Below are positions 45,802 through 56,505 of a stretch of DNA of 64,000 nucleotides, piece by piece. A program made the position numbers and the translations under genes. The first letter of the stretch is position 1, and each line of letters begins with the position of its first letter. The DNA comes from Lachnospiraceae bacterium (GTDB lineage: Bacteria > Bacillota > Clostridia > Lachnospirales > Lachnospiraceae), in NCBI GenBank assembly GCA_009774625.1, contig VSOB01000005.1, positions 10,061 through 74,060 on the forward strand, given 5' to 3'. The notes beneath the pieces are model-generated. The model worked only from the letters and a program-made list of their open reading frames with translations, ran no database searches and had not been told where the DNA came from.

Positions 45802-47766
45802 ATGAAAATCACGTTAAAAGACGGAAGCAGCAGAGAATATGCGCAGGCAATGTGTGTATATGACATTGCCGCAGACATCAGTGAAGGACTGGCAAGAGCG
45901 GCCTGCGCAGGAGAAGTGGATGGAGAGGTTGTGGATCTGCGAACTGTGATAGACAGAGACTGCACGCTGCAGATTCTGACAGTCAGGGATGAGGCGGGAC
46001 TTCGGACGGTGCGGCACACCTGTTCTCATGTGTTGGCACAGGCGGTAAAACGGCTGTTTCCTGATGCCAGAGTGACAATCGGTCCTTCCATTGATGAAGG
46101 GTTTTATTACGACTTTGACCATGCGCCTTTTTCCAGGGAGGATCTTGATAACCTGGAAAAAGAAATGAAAAAGATCATAAAGGAAGGCCATAAACTGGAG
46201 CGTTTTACCTTGTCCAGAGAAGAGGCCGTGAAGTATATGGAGAAGGCCGGAGAGCCTTATAAGGTGGAGCTGATCCGGGATCTGCCGGAAGGGGCGGAAA
46301 TCTCTTTCTATGACCAGGGCGGCTTTGTGGATCTGTGCGCAGGCCCCCATCTGATGAGTACAAAGGGCATTAAGGCGTTTAAGCTGATCTCTTCTTCTAT
46401 GGCATACTGGAGAGGGGATTCGGATAAGGCGCAGCTCCAGCGTATCTATGGGACGGCGTTTGCCTCCAAAGAAGAGCTGGCAGCCTATCTGGCCCACCTG
46501 GAGGATATTAAGAAGCGGGACCACAACCGGCTGGGCCGGGAGATGGAGCTGTTCACCACTGTGGATGTGGTGGGACAGGGACTGCCTCTGCTGATGCCCA
46601 AGGGAACCAAAATGGTGATGAAGCTGCAGCGCTGGATTGAGGATCTGGAGGACCGGGAGTGGGGCTATGTACGGACCAAAACGCCTTTTATGGCCAAAAG
46701 CGATCTGTATAAAATTTCCGGCCACTGGGATCATTATAAAGAAGGTATGTTTGTGCTGGGAGATGAGGAAAAGGATAAGGAAGTGTTTGCCCTGCGTCCC
46801 ATGACCTGTCCTTTTCAGTACTATTGCTACAAAAACGGACAGCATTCCTATCGGGATCTGCCCATCCGCTATGGCGAAACCTCCACTCTGTTCAGAAATG
46901 AGGATTCCGGTGAGATGCATGGGCTGACCAGAGTGCGTCAGTTTACCATATCAGAGGGACATCTGGTGATCCGTCCGGATCAGGCAGAGGAAGAGCTGAA
47001 AAGCTGCCTGAACCTGGCCAATTATGTCTTGGGTGTACTGGGGCTTCTGGAGGATGTGACCTATCGCCTGTCCAAGTGGGATCCGGAAAACAGAGAGAAA
47101 TATCTGGGAGACGAGGCGTACTGGGAAAAGACACAGGATGCCCTGCGTCAGATTTTACAGGAAAACAGCCTGCCTTTTACCGAAGCGGACGGCGAGGCTG
47201 CGTTTTATGGACCCAAGATTGATATTCAGGCCAAAAATGTATATGGTAAAGAAGATACCATGATTACCATTCAGTTGGATTGTGCCATTGCCGAAAACTT
47301 TGATATGTATTACATTGACCAGAATGGGGATAAGATCCGCCCTTACATTATCCATCGGACTTCCTTGGGCTGTTATGAACGGACGCTGGCATGGCTGATT
47401 GAAAAGTATGCCGGTAAGTTTCCCACATGGCTCTGTCCGGAGCAGGTGCGTATCCTGACGATTTCCGAAAAATTCAATGAGTATGCGGAAATGGTGAGAA
47501 AAGAGCTGGCAGCGGCAGGCATCGATGTTACGGTGGACAACCGCTCTGAAAAGATCGGTTATAAGATCAGAGAGGCCAGAATGGCCAAACTTCCTTATAT
47601 GCTGGTGGTGGGAGCCAGTGAAGAAGAAAACGGGCTGGTCAGTGTGAGAAGCCGTTTTGCAGGTGATGAAGGCCAGAAGAGTGTGGCAGAGTTTATGGAA
47701 CAGATCCTCCGGGAGATTCAGACTAAGGAGATCCGCAGAGAGCTGCCGGAAGAAGAACGGAAATAA
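45802..47766 (+). CDS. thrS: threonine--tRNA ligase
   Basis: TGS domain (MKITLKDGS), editing domain, class II core (FRNEDSGEMHGLTRVRQF, HRTSLG) and anticodon-binding domain. ATG 45802 follows GGAGGA. Confidence 0.95.
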   Translation: MKITLKDGSSREYAQAMCVYDIAADISEGLARAACAGEVDGEVVDLRTVIDRDCTLQILTVRDEAGLRTVRHTCSHVLAQAVKRLFPDARVTIGPSIDEGFYYDFDHAPFSREDLDNLEKEMKKIIKEGHKLERFTLSREEAVKYMEKAGEPYKVELIRDLPEGAEISFYDQGGFVDLCAGPHLMSTKGIKAFKLISSSMAYWRGDSDKAQLQRIYGTAFASKEELAAYLAHLEDIKKRDHNRLGREMELFTTVDVVGQGLPLLMPKGTKMVMKLQRWIEDLEDREWGYVRTKTPFMAKSDLYKISGHWDHYKEGMFVLGDEEKDKEVFALRPMTCPFQYYCYKNGQHSYRDLPIRYGETSTLFRNEDSGEMHGLTRVRQFTISEGHLVIRPDQAEEELKSCLNLANYVLGVLGLLEDVTYRLSKWDPENREKYLGDEAYWEKTQDALRQILQENSLPFTEADGEAAFYGPKIDIQAKNVYGKEDTMITIQLDCAIAENFDMYYIDQNGDKIRPYIIHRTSLGCYERTLAWLIEKYAGKFPTWLCPEQVRILTISEKFNEYAEMVRKELAAAGIDVTVDNRSEKIGYKIREARMAKLPYMLVVGASEEENGLVSVRSRFAGDEGQKSVAEFMEQILREIQTKEIRRELPEEERK

Positions 47767-47787
47767 TCATAAAGAGCATAAAAAAGC

Positions 47788-47826
47788 GCAAAAACGCCGT
47801 GTTGAGAGACAGGGCGTTTTTGCATT
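47788..47826 (+). terminator. intrinsic terminator after thrS
   Basis: GCAAAAACGCC (47788-47798) and GGCGTTTTTGC (47812-47822) form a perfect 11-bp stem whose 3' arm carries the U-run. Confidence 0.7.
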
Positions 47827-47984
47827 TCTGGTACTTATTCTCCAATAGCAGGATGAAAAGAAATTGTAAAAAATGCTTAATAAATTTTTAATATTTTCGC
47901 CGAAAATGTTCTGAAAACGCCTGAATCTGCTGTTTTTGTCGTCTTTTGTCACTTGAAAAACACCATGATAAACATAAGTTCGGG

Positions 47985-48013
47985 TTGTCACAGACCCCGA
48001 TACGGGGTAAAAT
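47985..48013 (+). promoter_or_regulatory. candidate dcw-cluster (mraZ) promoter
   Basis: TTGTCA (47985-47990), 17 nt, TAAAAT (48008-48013), immediately upstream of the AAGTGG repeat array. Confidence 0.5.
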
Positions 48014-48021
48014 ATGTGTAC

Positions 48022-48066
48022 AAGTGGTGGAAAGTGGTTAAAAGTGGCTTGAAGTGGTGAAAGCGG
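48022..48066 (+). promoter_or_regulatory. array of 10-bp-phased AAGTGG direct repeats (candidate MraZ operator)
   Basis: AAGTGG occurs at 48022, 48032, 48042 and 48052, an exact 10-bp phase. A degenerate AAGCGG follows at 61 in the same numbering (48061). The array lies between the candidate promoter and mraZ. Confidence 0.6.
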
Positions 48067-48120
48067 AATTAAGAGGGCCAGACCGTTGTCCGTGGCAGAC
48101 CACTTGGGCAGGTGAACATT

Positions 48121-48552
48121 ATGTTTATGGGAGAATACAACCACACAATTGATGCAAAAGGCAGGATTATTGTACCTTCCAAATTCCGGGAAATACTGGG
48201 TGATGAATTTGTGGTCACCAAGGGATTGGATGGGTGCTTATTTGTGTATGACAATCATGAGTGGGCTGCATTTGAAGAGAAACTGAAAGCCCTGCCGATT
48301 ACCAATAAAGATGCGAGAGCTTTTGTCCGTTTTTTTCTGGCAGGAGCTGCCAGTGTGGAAGTGGACAAGCAGGGAAGAATATTACTGCCAGGCTCACTGC
48401 GGGAGTTTGCATCACTTCAGAAAGATGCAGTGCTGATTGGAGTGGGAAGCAGGATAGAGATCTGGAGCAGAGAAAGATGGGAGGACGTGGCATCCTTTGA
48501 GGATATGGACACCGTTGCCGAACATATGGCGGATTTAGGTCTGAGTATATAA
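48121..48552 (+). CDS. mraZ: transcriptional regulator MraZ
   Basis: [24 protein letters not shown] plus the second SpoVT/AbrB-like repeat [18 protein letters not shown] 48121 is preferred over GTG 48112. Confidence 0.92.
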   Translation: MFMGEYNHTIDAKGRIIVPSKFREILGDEFVVTKGLDGCLFVYDNHEWAAFEEKLKALPITNKDARAFVRFFLAGAASVEVDKQGRILLPGSLREFASLQKDAVLIGVGSRIEIWSRERWEDVASFEDMDTVAEHMADLGLSI

Positions 48553-48595
48553 CTTCTGCACACGGGGCAAATGTCCTGGAAGGAGGATACGATGC

Positions 48596-49534
48596 ATGGA
48601 ATTTCGGCATAAGCCGGTATTACTGGAGGAAACGATAACAAATTTGCGGATCAGACCGGATGGTATCTATGTGGATGGGACTCTGGGAGGAGGCGGACAC
48701 AGCAGCCGCATTGCGGAGCTGCTTTCCGAAAAGGGCAGGCTGATCGGGATCGATCAGGATGATGCAGCCATGCAGGCGGCCGCTAAGCGGCTGGAGCCGT
48801 ATGGACAGAGAGTGCGGCTGGTCCGGAGCAATTTCTGCCAGATGGCGCAGGTGCTTAAGGAATGCGGCAGCATGGCGGCAGACGGGATCCTGTTGGATTT
48901 GGGGGTTTCCTCTTATCAGTTGGATACATTGGAGCGGGGATTTTCCTATAAGTACGATACGGTACTGGATATGCGGATGGACAGGCGTCAGACGCTGACT
49001 GCAAAGGAAATTGTCAATACATATTCCATGCAGGAACTGTTTCATATCATCCGGGAGTACGGGGAAGAGAAATTTGCGCAGAATATTGCCCGGCATATTG
49101 TCAGGGCAAGGGAGAAGGAAGAGATTGAAACGACAGGACAGTTGAATGAGATTATCCGGGCTGCCATTCCGACAAAGGTGAGAGCAGGAGGAGGACATCC
49201 GTCTAAAAAGACCTTTCAGGCGATTCGGATTGCCTGCAACCGGGAGCTGGAAGTATTGCAGGATGCACTGGACTCTATGACAGATCTGCTCAGTCCGGGC
49301 GGCAGACTCTGTGTGATTACGTTTCATTCTCTGGAGGACAGAATCGTAAAGACGGCAATGCGCGGATGGGAAAATCCGTGTATCTGCCCGCCGGAGTTTC
49401 CGGTTTGTACATGTGGGAGGAAATCTAAGGGGAGAGTCATTACCAGGAAGCCGATATTGCCGACGGATGGGGAGATGACAGAAAATAAAAGAGCAAAAAG
49501 TGCAAAACTCAGGGTATTTGAAAAGAGGGAGTAA
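48596..49534 (+). CDS. rsmH: 16S rRNA (cytosine1402-N4)-methyltransferase
   Basis: [41 protein letters not shown]. Confidence 0.94.
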   Translation: MEFRHKPVLLEETITNLRIRPDGIYVDGTLGGGGHSSRIAELLSEKGRLIGIDQDDAAMQAAAKRLEPYGQRVRLVRSNFCQMAQVLKECGSMAADGILLDLGVSSYQLDTLERGFSYKYDTVLDMRMDRRQTLTAKEIVNTYSMQELFHIIREYGEEKFAQNIARHIVRAREKEEIETTGQLNEIIRAAIPTKVRAGGGHPSKKTFQAIRIACNRELEVLQDALDSMTDLLSPGGRLCVITFHSLEDRIVKTAMRGWENPCICPPEFPVCTCGRKSKGRVITRKPILPTDGEMTENKRAKSAKLRVFEKRE

Positions 49535-49536
49535 CT

Positions 49537-50040
49537 ATGGCCGCAAGAAATCAGAAAAGACCATACGAAAGCAGAAGGACAGGTACTGGAAACAATACAA
49601 CACGAAACAACATATATATATATGGAAATACAGCAAGACAACTGGATGTAAGAACAGCGATTCGGGAAAAGCCGAAGCGGGCAAAAAACAACGCCATCAG
49701 AAGAAACAGGGAAAAGGCGATGCGGATGAATCCGGCCTATGTATTGTTCCTGGCGTTTGCCCTGGTGGTTTCAGGCGGGATATTGATCAGTTATATTCAT
49801 CTGCAGTCTGACATTACGAACAGCATCAATCACATTGCGGCTCTGGAGAGTGAGCTGAATGACCTGAGGCTGTCCAATGACGAGGAGTACAGCCGGATCG
49901 AAAGCAGTGTGGATTTGGAAGAAATCAAAAGGATTGCCATCGAAGAACTGGGGATGACATATGCGGCAGAGGGACAGGTCGTGGAGTATGCTTCCGAAGG
50001 AAGTGATTATGTGAGACAGATAGCAGATATTCCCGAATAA
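49537..50040 (+). CDS. ftsL: FtsL-like cell division protein
   Basis: Basic N-terminus with the YIYGNTARQL motif common in clostridial FtsL-position proteins. One TM, then a coiled coil. The position after rsmH is conserved. Confidence 0.65.
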   Translation: MAARNQKRPYESRRTGTGNNTTRNNIYIYGNTARQLDVRTAIREKPKRAKNNAIRRNREKAMRMNPAYVLFLAFALVVSGGILISYIHLQSDITNSINHIAALESELNDLRLSNDEEYSRIESSVDLEEIKRIAIEELGMTYAAEGQVVEYASEGSDYVRQIADIPE

Positions 50041-50053
50041 GATAGCAGGTGTT

Positions 50054-52237
50054 TTGGTGAGAAAGATCATACAGAGTAACAAATTCACAACAAAGATGCA
50101 AAAGAAGCTGGTAGTACTGTTTTTATTTGTACTGTCAGCTTTCATCGGGTTAAGCACCCGTTTGATCCTGATTAACCGGGACAACGGGGAACGCTATAAG
50201 AGGCAGGTGCTTTCACAGCAGAGATATGACAGCCGCGTCATTCCTTTTAAACGGGGCGACATCGTGGACTGCAAAGGTACAAAACTGGCGGTCAGCGAAA
50301 AGGTGTACAATGTGATTCTGGATGCCAGTCTGATGACGGAAAAGGAAGAATACATCGAGGCAACGCTGCAGGCGCTGGGAAGCTGCTTTGGTCTGGATAC
50401 ATCGGAGATACGGTCCTTTGTGGCATCCAATCCCACTTCCAAGTACCGGGTGCTGGCAAAGAGACTTTCCTATGATGAGATCAGTCCTTTCGTGGAGCTG
50501 CAGAATGATACGGAGAACAATCCGAATATTAAAGGCGTCTGGTTTGAGGAAGAATATGAGCGGAAGTATCCGGGCGGCAGTCTTGCCTGTGATCTGATCG
50601 GCTTCACTGGCAAGGACAATGCAGGTACATATGGGCTGGAAGAATATTATAATGATACACTCAACGGAATTAACGGAAGAGAATATGGGTATCTTAATGG
50701 TGATTCCACACTGGAACGGACCACCAAGTCAGCGATTGACGGCAATACCATCGTGACCACCATTGATGCCAATATTCAGAGTATAGTGGAAAAGCATCTG
50801 AAACAATTCAATGAGGACAACCAAAATGCAGTAAGGGACGGGAACGGCGCCCACAACGTAGGCTGCATTATTATGAATGTGAATACCGGTGAGATTCTGG
50901 CGATGGCCAGCTATCCTTTCTATGACCTGAACGATATATATAATCCGAAGGTGCTTCTGGGGATGAACAGGCTGGATGAGGACGGAAAGGAAACGGATGT
51001 GGTCATCACCCAGCCGATGATTGATGCCATGGACGAAGATACTCTTTATACACATTTGAATGCAGTCTGGAAAAACTTCTGCATTACCAGTACCTATGAG
51101 CCGGGTTCCACAGCCAAGCCTTTTACCGTGGCAATGGGGCTGGAAAGCGGAAAAATGTCAGGCAATGAGACGTATTTCTGCGGCGGTTCTCTCTGGTACG
51201 GCGGTCATGAGATCCATTGCCATCAGCGTATGGGAGACGGTATGCTGACGGTTAAGCAGGCAGTGGAAAAGTCCTGCAATGTGGCGCTGATGCAGATGGG
51301 CGAAGCCATAGGCAAAGATAATTTTCTGACCTTTCAGGAAGCCTTCGGCTGGGGTCTTCGGACCAATATTGATCTGGCTGGAGAGGCGCGGACAGTGGGT
51401 CTTGTGTACACTTCTTCCAATATGAGAGAAGCGGAGCTGGCCACTGCCACTTTTGGTCAGGGATTTAATGTGACTATGATACAGATGATAGCAGGTTTTT
51501 CTTCGTTGGTGAACGGCGGTTATTATTATGAACCCCATGTGGTCAGCAAGATACTCAGTCCTGACGGCACCACGATTAAAAATATAGAACCGCGGCTGTT
51601 AAAGCAGACCATATCTGCCAGCACTTCGGAAAAGATTGTGGATTACTGCAACGGCGTGGTAACAGAGGGGACCGGTACCACAGCCAGACCTGCGGGCTAC
51701 GCCATCGGCGGCAAGACAGGAACGGCGGAGATGGTTCCCCGTACCAAAAGAGATTATGTATGCTCTTTTATGGGCTATGCCCCGGCGGATGATCCTCAGA
51801 TCGCCATTTATGTGGTGGTGGACAGGCCTAATTCGGCAAAACAGGACGACGCCAAGTATGCCACCCGGATTGTCCGGGGAATCCTGACAGAAGTGCTGCC
51901 TTATCTGCATTATTTTATGACCGAAGAACTGTCGGAGGATGAAACTACCGAAATCAGTCAAAGCGGACTGGCCGTACAGGCGCCGGGCATAGAGCCGGCA
52001 GAGGGTGAAGAAGGTTCGGAAGGGGATCCTCAGGATCCGGAAGAGTTGGAAATCACCGGCCGGGAGGACGGAGAAGAAGGCGTGGAAGAGATGTCGGAGG
52101 AAGAACGGGAATGGCGGGAACGGATTGCAGGCTATGAAACCGATCCGGAAACCGGCTACCTGATCGAACCGGAAACCGGTGTAAAAATTGATCCTGTTAC
52201 CGGGCAGGCGGTGGAAAGTGTGCCGCTGATGGATTAG
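50054..52237 (+). CDS. class B penicillin-binding protein (PbpB/FtsI position) with an acidic repeat tail
   Basis: TM anchor, PBP dimerisation domain, transpeptidase motifs STAK (GSTAKPF), SCN, KTGT. There is no recognisable PASTA domain. Instead there is a ~120-aa D/E-rich tail. Confidence 0.9.
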   Translation: MVRKIIQSNKFTTKMQKKLVVLFLFVLSAFIGLSTRLILINRDNGERYKRQVLSQQRYDSRVIPFKRGDIVDCKGTKLAVSEKVYNVILDASLMTEKEEYIEATLQALGSCFGLDTSEIRSFVASNPTSKYRVLAKRLSYDEISPFVELQNDTENNPNIKGVWFEEEYERKYPGGSLACDLIGFTGKDNAGTYGLEEYYNDTLNGINGREYGYLNGDSTLERTTKSAIDGNTIVTTIDANIQSIVEKHLKQFNEDNQNAVRDGNGAHNVGCIIMNVNTGEILAMASYPFYDLNDIYNPKVLLGMNRLDEDGKETDVVITQPMIDAMDEDTLYTHLNAVWKNFCITSTYEPGSTAKPFTVAMGLESGKMSGNETYFCGGSLWYGGHEIHCHQRMGDGMLTVKQAVEKSCNVALMQMGEAIGKDNFLTFQEAFGWGLRTNIDLAGEARTVGLVYTSSNMREAELATATFGQGFNVTMIQMIAGFSSLVNGGYYYEPHVVSKILSPDGTTIKNIEPRLLKQTISASTSEKIVDYCNGVVTEGTGTTARPAGYAIGGKTGTAEMVPRTKRDYVCSFMGYAPADDPQIAIYVVVDRPNSAKQDDAKYATRIVRGILTEVLPYLHYFMTEELSEDETTEISQSGLAVQAPGIEPAEGEEGSEGDPQDPEELEITGREDGEEGVEEMSEEEREWRERIAGYETDPETGYLIEPETGVKIDPVTGQAVESVPLMD

Positions 52238-52328
52238 GCCCTGAGGGAAACCGGTTCTTAAGGCCTGACGGAGCATAACCTGCGCCTTTGCCACATAAAA
52301 TGGTATAAACTGTTTTTATGAGGCCTGT

Positions 52329-54059
52329 GTGGAAAAGAACAAAACATTTCACCGAAAAAAGATTCTGGTTTCCTTTGTGATTTTTTTTCTGTCCTTTGTG
52401 GGACTGATGACACGGCTTTCGTATCTGATGGTGAGCCGTTCCCAATATTATGCGCAGCAGGCCAAAGAGCTGCATGAGCGGGAGAGAAGCATCAAGGCTG
52501 CCAGAGGCAGGATACTGGACCGGAACGGTGTGGTGCTGGCGGACAATAAAACCGTATGTACCATTTCCGTGATTCACAGTCAGATCAGGGACAAAGAAGC
52601 GGTGATCGATATGCTCTGCCGGGAGCTTTCTCTGGATGAGGAGTATGTGAGCAAGCGGGTGGAAAAGGTTTCTGCCATTGAGCGGATCAAAAGCAATGTG
52701 GAAAAAGAGGTCGGGGACCGGATCCGGGACCATAATCTGCCCGGTGTGAAAGTGGATGAGGACTTTAAACGGTATTATCCCTATGGAGAGCTGGCTTCTA
52801 AGGTACTGGGATTTACCGGAGGGGACAATCAGGGGATCATTGGCCTGGAGGTGACGTATGATTCCATTCTGGAAGGGGAGCCGGGCACCATACTGACGGT
52901 TACGGATGCCAGAGGCATCGAACTGGATGCGGCGGGTGAAAGCCGGATCGAACCGGTGGACGGCAGAGATCTGGTCATATCCATGGATATGAATATACAG
53001 AAATATGCAACACAGCTTGCGTATCAGGCAATGGAAACAAAAGAGGCGGACAGTGTATCCATCATTGTGATGAACCCTCAGAACGGTGAGATCCTGGCAA
53101 TGGTGAATGTACCGGAATTTGATTTGAATGAGCCATTTGAGCTGAAAGGGATCCAGACTGCGGGGATGACCGAACAGCAGAGGCAGGATGCCCTCAACGG
53201 AATGTGGAGAAACGGCTGTATCAACGATACGTATGAGCCGGGTTCCACTTTTAAGACGGTGACGGCTGCCGCCGGTCTGGAAGCGGGTGTTGTGCATACA
53301 TCAGATACATTTCACTGTCCCGGTTATATTATGGTGGAAGATCGGAGGATCCGATGTCATAAAGTGGGCGGGCATGGCAGTGAGGATTTTATACAGGCCA
53401 CAATGAACTCCTGCAATCCGGTATTTGTGACAGTGGGAATGCGGCTTGGAAGTGACCAATATTATGAGTATTTTAAAAAATTCGGCCTTCTGGAAAAGAC
53501 CGGCATTGATCTGCCGGGGGAAGCGGCCACTATCATGCACAAAAAGGAAAACATAGGCATGGTGGAACTGGCGACGATTTCTTTTGGACAGTCCTTCCAG
53601 ATTACGCCGATACAGCTTGTGACAACAGCGGCTTCCTTAGTCAATGGAGGCAGGCGTGTGACACCTCATTTTGCGCTGCGGGCTTCTTCCCAGGGGGAAG
53701 AGGCGCAGGAGGAGTTTACGTATCCGGTCAGGGAACATATTGTGTCCCTGGAGACATCGGAAACGATGAAGATGATGCTGGAGCAGGTGGTGGCCAATGG
53801 GGGCGGAAAAAATGCCATCGTGGAAGGCTATCGGGTAGGAGGCAAAACAGCCACCAGCCAGACCCTGCCCAGAGGAAGTGGCAGATATATCTCTTCTTTT
53901 CTGGGGTTTGCCCCGGCGGACGATCCTCAGGTAATGGCCATAGCCATTATCAACAATCCTCAGGGAGTCTATTACGGCGGACAGATTGCGGCTCCTGTGG
54001 TCAGACAGTTGTTTGAAAACATTCTTCCTTATCTGGAAAGAACGGCAGAGCAGAGGTGA
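52329..54059 (+). CDS. class B penicillin-binding protein (SpoVD position)
   Basis: GTG start, TM anchor, transpeptidase motifs STFK, SCN, KTAT. Ends right after the transpeptidase domain with no PASTA. Confidence 0.9.
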   Translation: MEKNKTFHRKKILVSFVIFFLSFVGLMTRLSYLMVSRSQYYAQQAKELHERERSIKAARGRILDRNGVVLADNKTVCTISVIHSQIRDKEAVIDMLCRELSLDEEYVSKRVEKVSAIERIKSNVEKEVGDRIRDHNLPGVKVDEDFKRYYPYGELASKVLGFTGGDNQGIIGLEVTYDSILEGEPGTILTVTDARGIELDAAGESRIEPVDGRDLVISMDMNIQKYATQLAYQAMETKEADSVSIIVMNPQNGEILAMVNVPEFDLNEPFELKGIQTAGMTEQQRQDALNGMWRNGCINDTYEPGSTFKTVTAAAGLEAGVVHTSDTFHCPGYIMVEDRRIRCHKVGGHGSEDFIQATMNSCNPVFVTVGMRLGSDQYYEYFKKFGLLEKTGIDLPGEAATIMHKKENIGMVELATISFGQSFQITPIQLVTTAASLVNGGRRVTPHFALRASSQGEEAQEEFTYPVREHIVSLETSETMKMMLEQVVANGGGKNAIVEGYRVGGKTATSQTLPRGSGRYISSFLGFAPADDPQVMAIAIINNPQGVYYGGQIAAPVVRQLFENILPYLERTAEQR

Positions 54060-54141
54060 TATGAGCTGCAGGACATTACGATGTACCAGAAAAAGAGTCT
54101 GCCTGTGAGAGGCAGAAAAGAACCGGAAAGGACAAAAAGAT

Positions 54142-55104
54142 ATGAAGCTCAACAGTTCGGTAGCGATACCGGTTATTATAGCATTTGCAATCAGTGTCAT
54201 AGCAGGACCGATGATCATTCCTTTTTTGAAAAGGCTCCATGTGGGTCAGACGGAACGGGAAGAGGGGCCTAAGTCTCATCTGAAAAAGTCCGGTACTCCC
54301 ACGATGGGCGGTATTCTGATCCTGGGCAGTGTACTGCTGACCTCTCTGCCGTATGTGAAAAGTTACCCGAAGATTATTCCGGTCCTGTTTCTTACATTGG
54401 GATTTGGAATCATCGGATTTCTGGATGACTACATCAAGGTGGTGTTGAAACGTTCTCTTGGGCTGACACCGGTTCAGAAAATGGCGGGACAGATTGTGGT
54501 AACAGCTATATTCGCCTATTATCTGCTGCATTTTACGGATGTGAATCTGGCGATGAAAGTTCCCTTTTTTCCGGAAAAATATCTGGATTTTGGGATATTG
54601 AATATTCCGATTCTGTTTTTTGTGGTCATCGGCACGGCCAACGGTACCAATTTTACAGATGGTCTGGATGGTCTGGCAAGCAGTGTGACCATTATGGTAG
54701 CTACCTTTTTTACGGTGGTGGCCATTGGCACAGGCAGCGGCATTGATCCGGTAACCTGTGCGGTGGCAGGATCGTTGCTGGGATTTCTGCTGTTCAATGT
54801 CTATCCGGCCAGAGTTTTTATGGGAGATACCGGTTCTCTGGCGCTGGGAGGTTTTGTGGCCTCCTGTGCCTATATGATGCAGATGCCTCTGTTTATCGTA
54901 ATTGTGGGCTTTATCTATCTGGCAGAGGTGCTGTCGGTAATCATTCAGGTGAGTTATTTCAAAGCCACAGGGGGAAAGCGTATCTTCAAAATGGCCCCGA
55001 TCCATCATCACTTTGAACTGTGCGGATGGTCGGAGACACGTGTGGTGGCTGTTTTTTCGATTGTGACGGCGGTCCTGTGCCTGATCGGCCTGATGGCGCT
55101 GTAG
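54142..55104 (+). CDS. mraY: phospho-N-acetylmuramoyl-pentapeptide transferase
   Basis: 10-TM protein with the MraY motifs GTPTMGG, DDYIKV, NGTNFTDGLDGLA, PIHHHFE. Confidence 0.93.
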   Translation: MKLNSSVAIPVIIAFAISVIAGPMIIPFLKRLHVGQTEREEGPKSHLKKSGTPTMGGILILGSVLLTSLPYVKSYPKIIPVLFLTLGFGIIGFLDDYIKVVLKRSLGLTPVQKMAGQIVVTAIFAYYLLHFTDVNLAMKVPFFPEKYLDFGILNIPILFFVVIGTANGTNFTDGLDGLASSVTIMVATFFTVVAIGTGSGIDPVTCAVAGSLLGFLLFNVYPARVFMGDTGSLALGGFVASCAYMMQMPLFIVIVGFIYLAEVLSVIIQVSYFKATGGKRIFKMAPIHHHFELCGWSETRVVAVFSIVTAVLCLIGLMAL

Positions 55105-55128
55105 GGCGGAAACAAAGGAGTGGATGAG

Positions 55129-56505
55129 ATGGAGTTGAAGGGGAAAAATGTTCTGATTATCGGTTCCGGCATCAGCGGTGTCAGTGCGGCGAAGCTGGTG
55201 GCGGAAGCAGGCGGATATGAGGCATCTATTACAGTGTTCGACGGAAACAGCGAACTGACTGCGGAGGAAGTTAAGCAGCGGTTTCCCAGGTCGCTGGTAG
55301 GGGAAGTGTATACAGGCGCCCTGCCGGAGCCGGCCAGATCACAGGCCCAGCTTGTGATTGTCAGTCCGGGCGTACCGGTGGACTCGGCGCTGGTTGTGGA
55401 GTTTCAAAAGAGAGGCATACCGGTCTGGGGAGAAATCGAGCTGGCTTATCACTTTGCCAGAGGCAGGCTGATTGCCATTACCGGAACCAACGGCAAGACC
55501 ACCACCACCGCATTGACAGGACAGATTCTGAAAGACTGGGGGGCGGATGTGTATGTTGCCGGCAACATCGGGATTCCGTATACCTCCGTTGCGGGAAAGA
55601 CAAGTGAAAAATCCATTACAGTGGCGGAAATCAGCAGCTTTCAGTTGGAGACGATCCATGACTTCACACCGGATGTATCTGCGGTTCTGAATATTACGCC
55701 GGATCATCTTAACCGGCATCATACGATGGAGTGCTATGTGGCGATGAAAGAGTCCATCGCTAAAAATCAAAAGAAAAACAGCCGCTGTGTGTTGAATTAT
55801 GAGGATCCTTATACCAGATCATTCGGTGAGCGGACATCTGCAGAGCCTTTCTGGTTTTCATCGGCCAGGATACTGGAGAAGGGAATCTATCTGGCAGACG
55901 GGGTGATTTATCTGGCGGACGGGGACGGGAAGGAACCAGTCCCGGTGATACAAATTGGCGAAGCCAGACTGCCCGGCATCCACAATGCGGAAAATATCAT
56001 GGCGGCCATCGCCATGACCTACTGCATGGGGGTGCCGCTTACCCAGATCGCAGAGTCTGTCAGAGGGTTTCGGGCGGTGGAACACAGGATAGAATATGTG
56101 GCCACAAAAAAAGGTGTGATGTACTATAACGATTCCAAAGGGACCAATCCCGATGCTGCCATCCGGGGGATCCGGGCGATGGACCGGCCCACCGTCCTGA
56201 TCGGCGGCGGCTATGATAAGGACAGCGACTATGATGAATGGGTGGAGGCCTTTGCAGGGAAGGCAACTTGGCTGGTGCTTTTGGGGCAGACAAAGGAAAA
56301 AATAGCAGCATGCGCCAGAAAGCACGGCTTTACCAATATTATCATGGCGGACTCTCTGGAAGAGACGGTACAGATCTGCGCCGGAAAGGCCCGGCCGGGC
56401 GACGCCGTACTGTTATCCCCTGCCTGTGCGAGCTGGGGAATGTTTCCCAATTATGAAGTAAGAGGGAATCTGTTTAAAGAACTGGTGAATCAACTGGAGG
56501 ATTGA
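55129..56505 (+). CDS. murD: UDP-N-acetylmuramoylalanine--D-glutamate ligase
   Basis: IIGSGISGVS Rossmann loop and the GTNGKTTT P-loop. ATG 55129 is 8 nt after AAAGGAG. The track uses GTG 55120. Confidence 0.92.
   Translation: MELKGKNVLIIGSGISGVSAAKLVAEAGGYEASITVFDGNSELTAEEVKQRFPRSLVGEVYTGALPEPARSQAQLVIVSPGVPVDSALVVEFQKRGIPVWGEIELAYHFARGRLIAITGTNGKTTTTALTGQILKDWGADVYVAGNIGIPYTSVAGKTSEKSITVAEISSFQLETIHDFTPDVSAVLNITPDHLNRHHTMECYVAMKESIAKNQKKNSRCVLNYEDPYTRSFGERTSAEPFWFSSARILEKGIYLADGVIYLADGDGKEPVPVIQIGEARLPGIHNAENIMAAIAMTYCMGVPLTQIAESVRGFRAVEHRIEYVATKKGVMYYNDSKGTNPDAAIRGIRAMDRPTVLIGGGYDKDSDYDEWVEAFAGKATWLVLLGQTKEKIAACARKHGFTNIIMADSLEETVQICAGKARPGDAVLLSPACASWGMFPNYEVRGNLFKELVNQLED

Noticed and set aside
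48022-48066. A CRISPR-like or tandem-repeat element
   Set aside because: The repeat unit is only 10 bp with a 6-bp core and there are no spacers of CRISPR size. The position in front of mraZ fits an operator instead. No CRISPR array was seen anywhere in the window.
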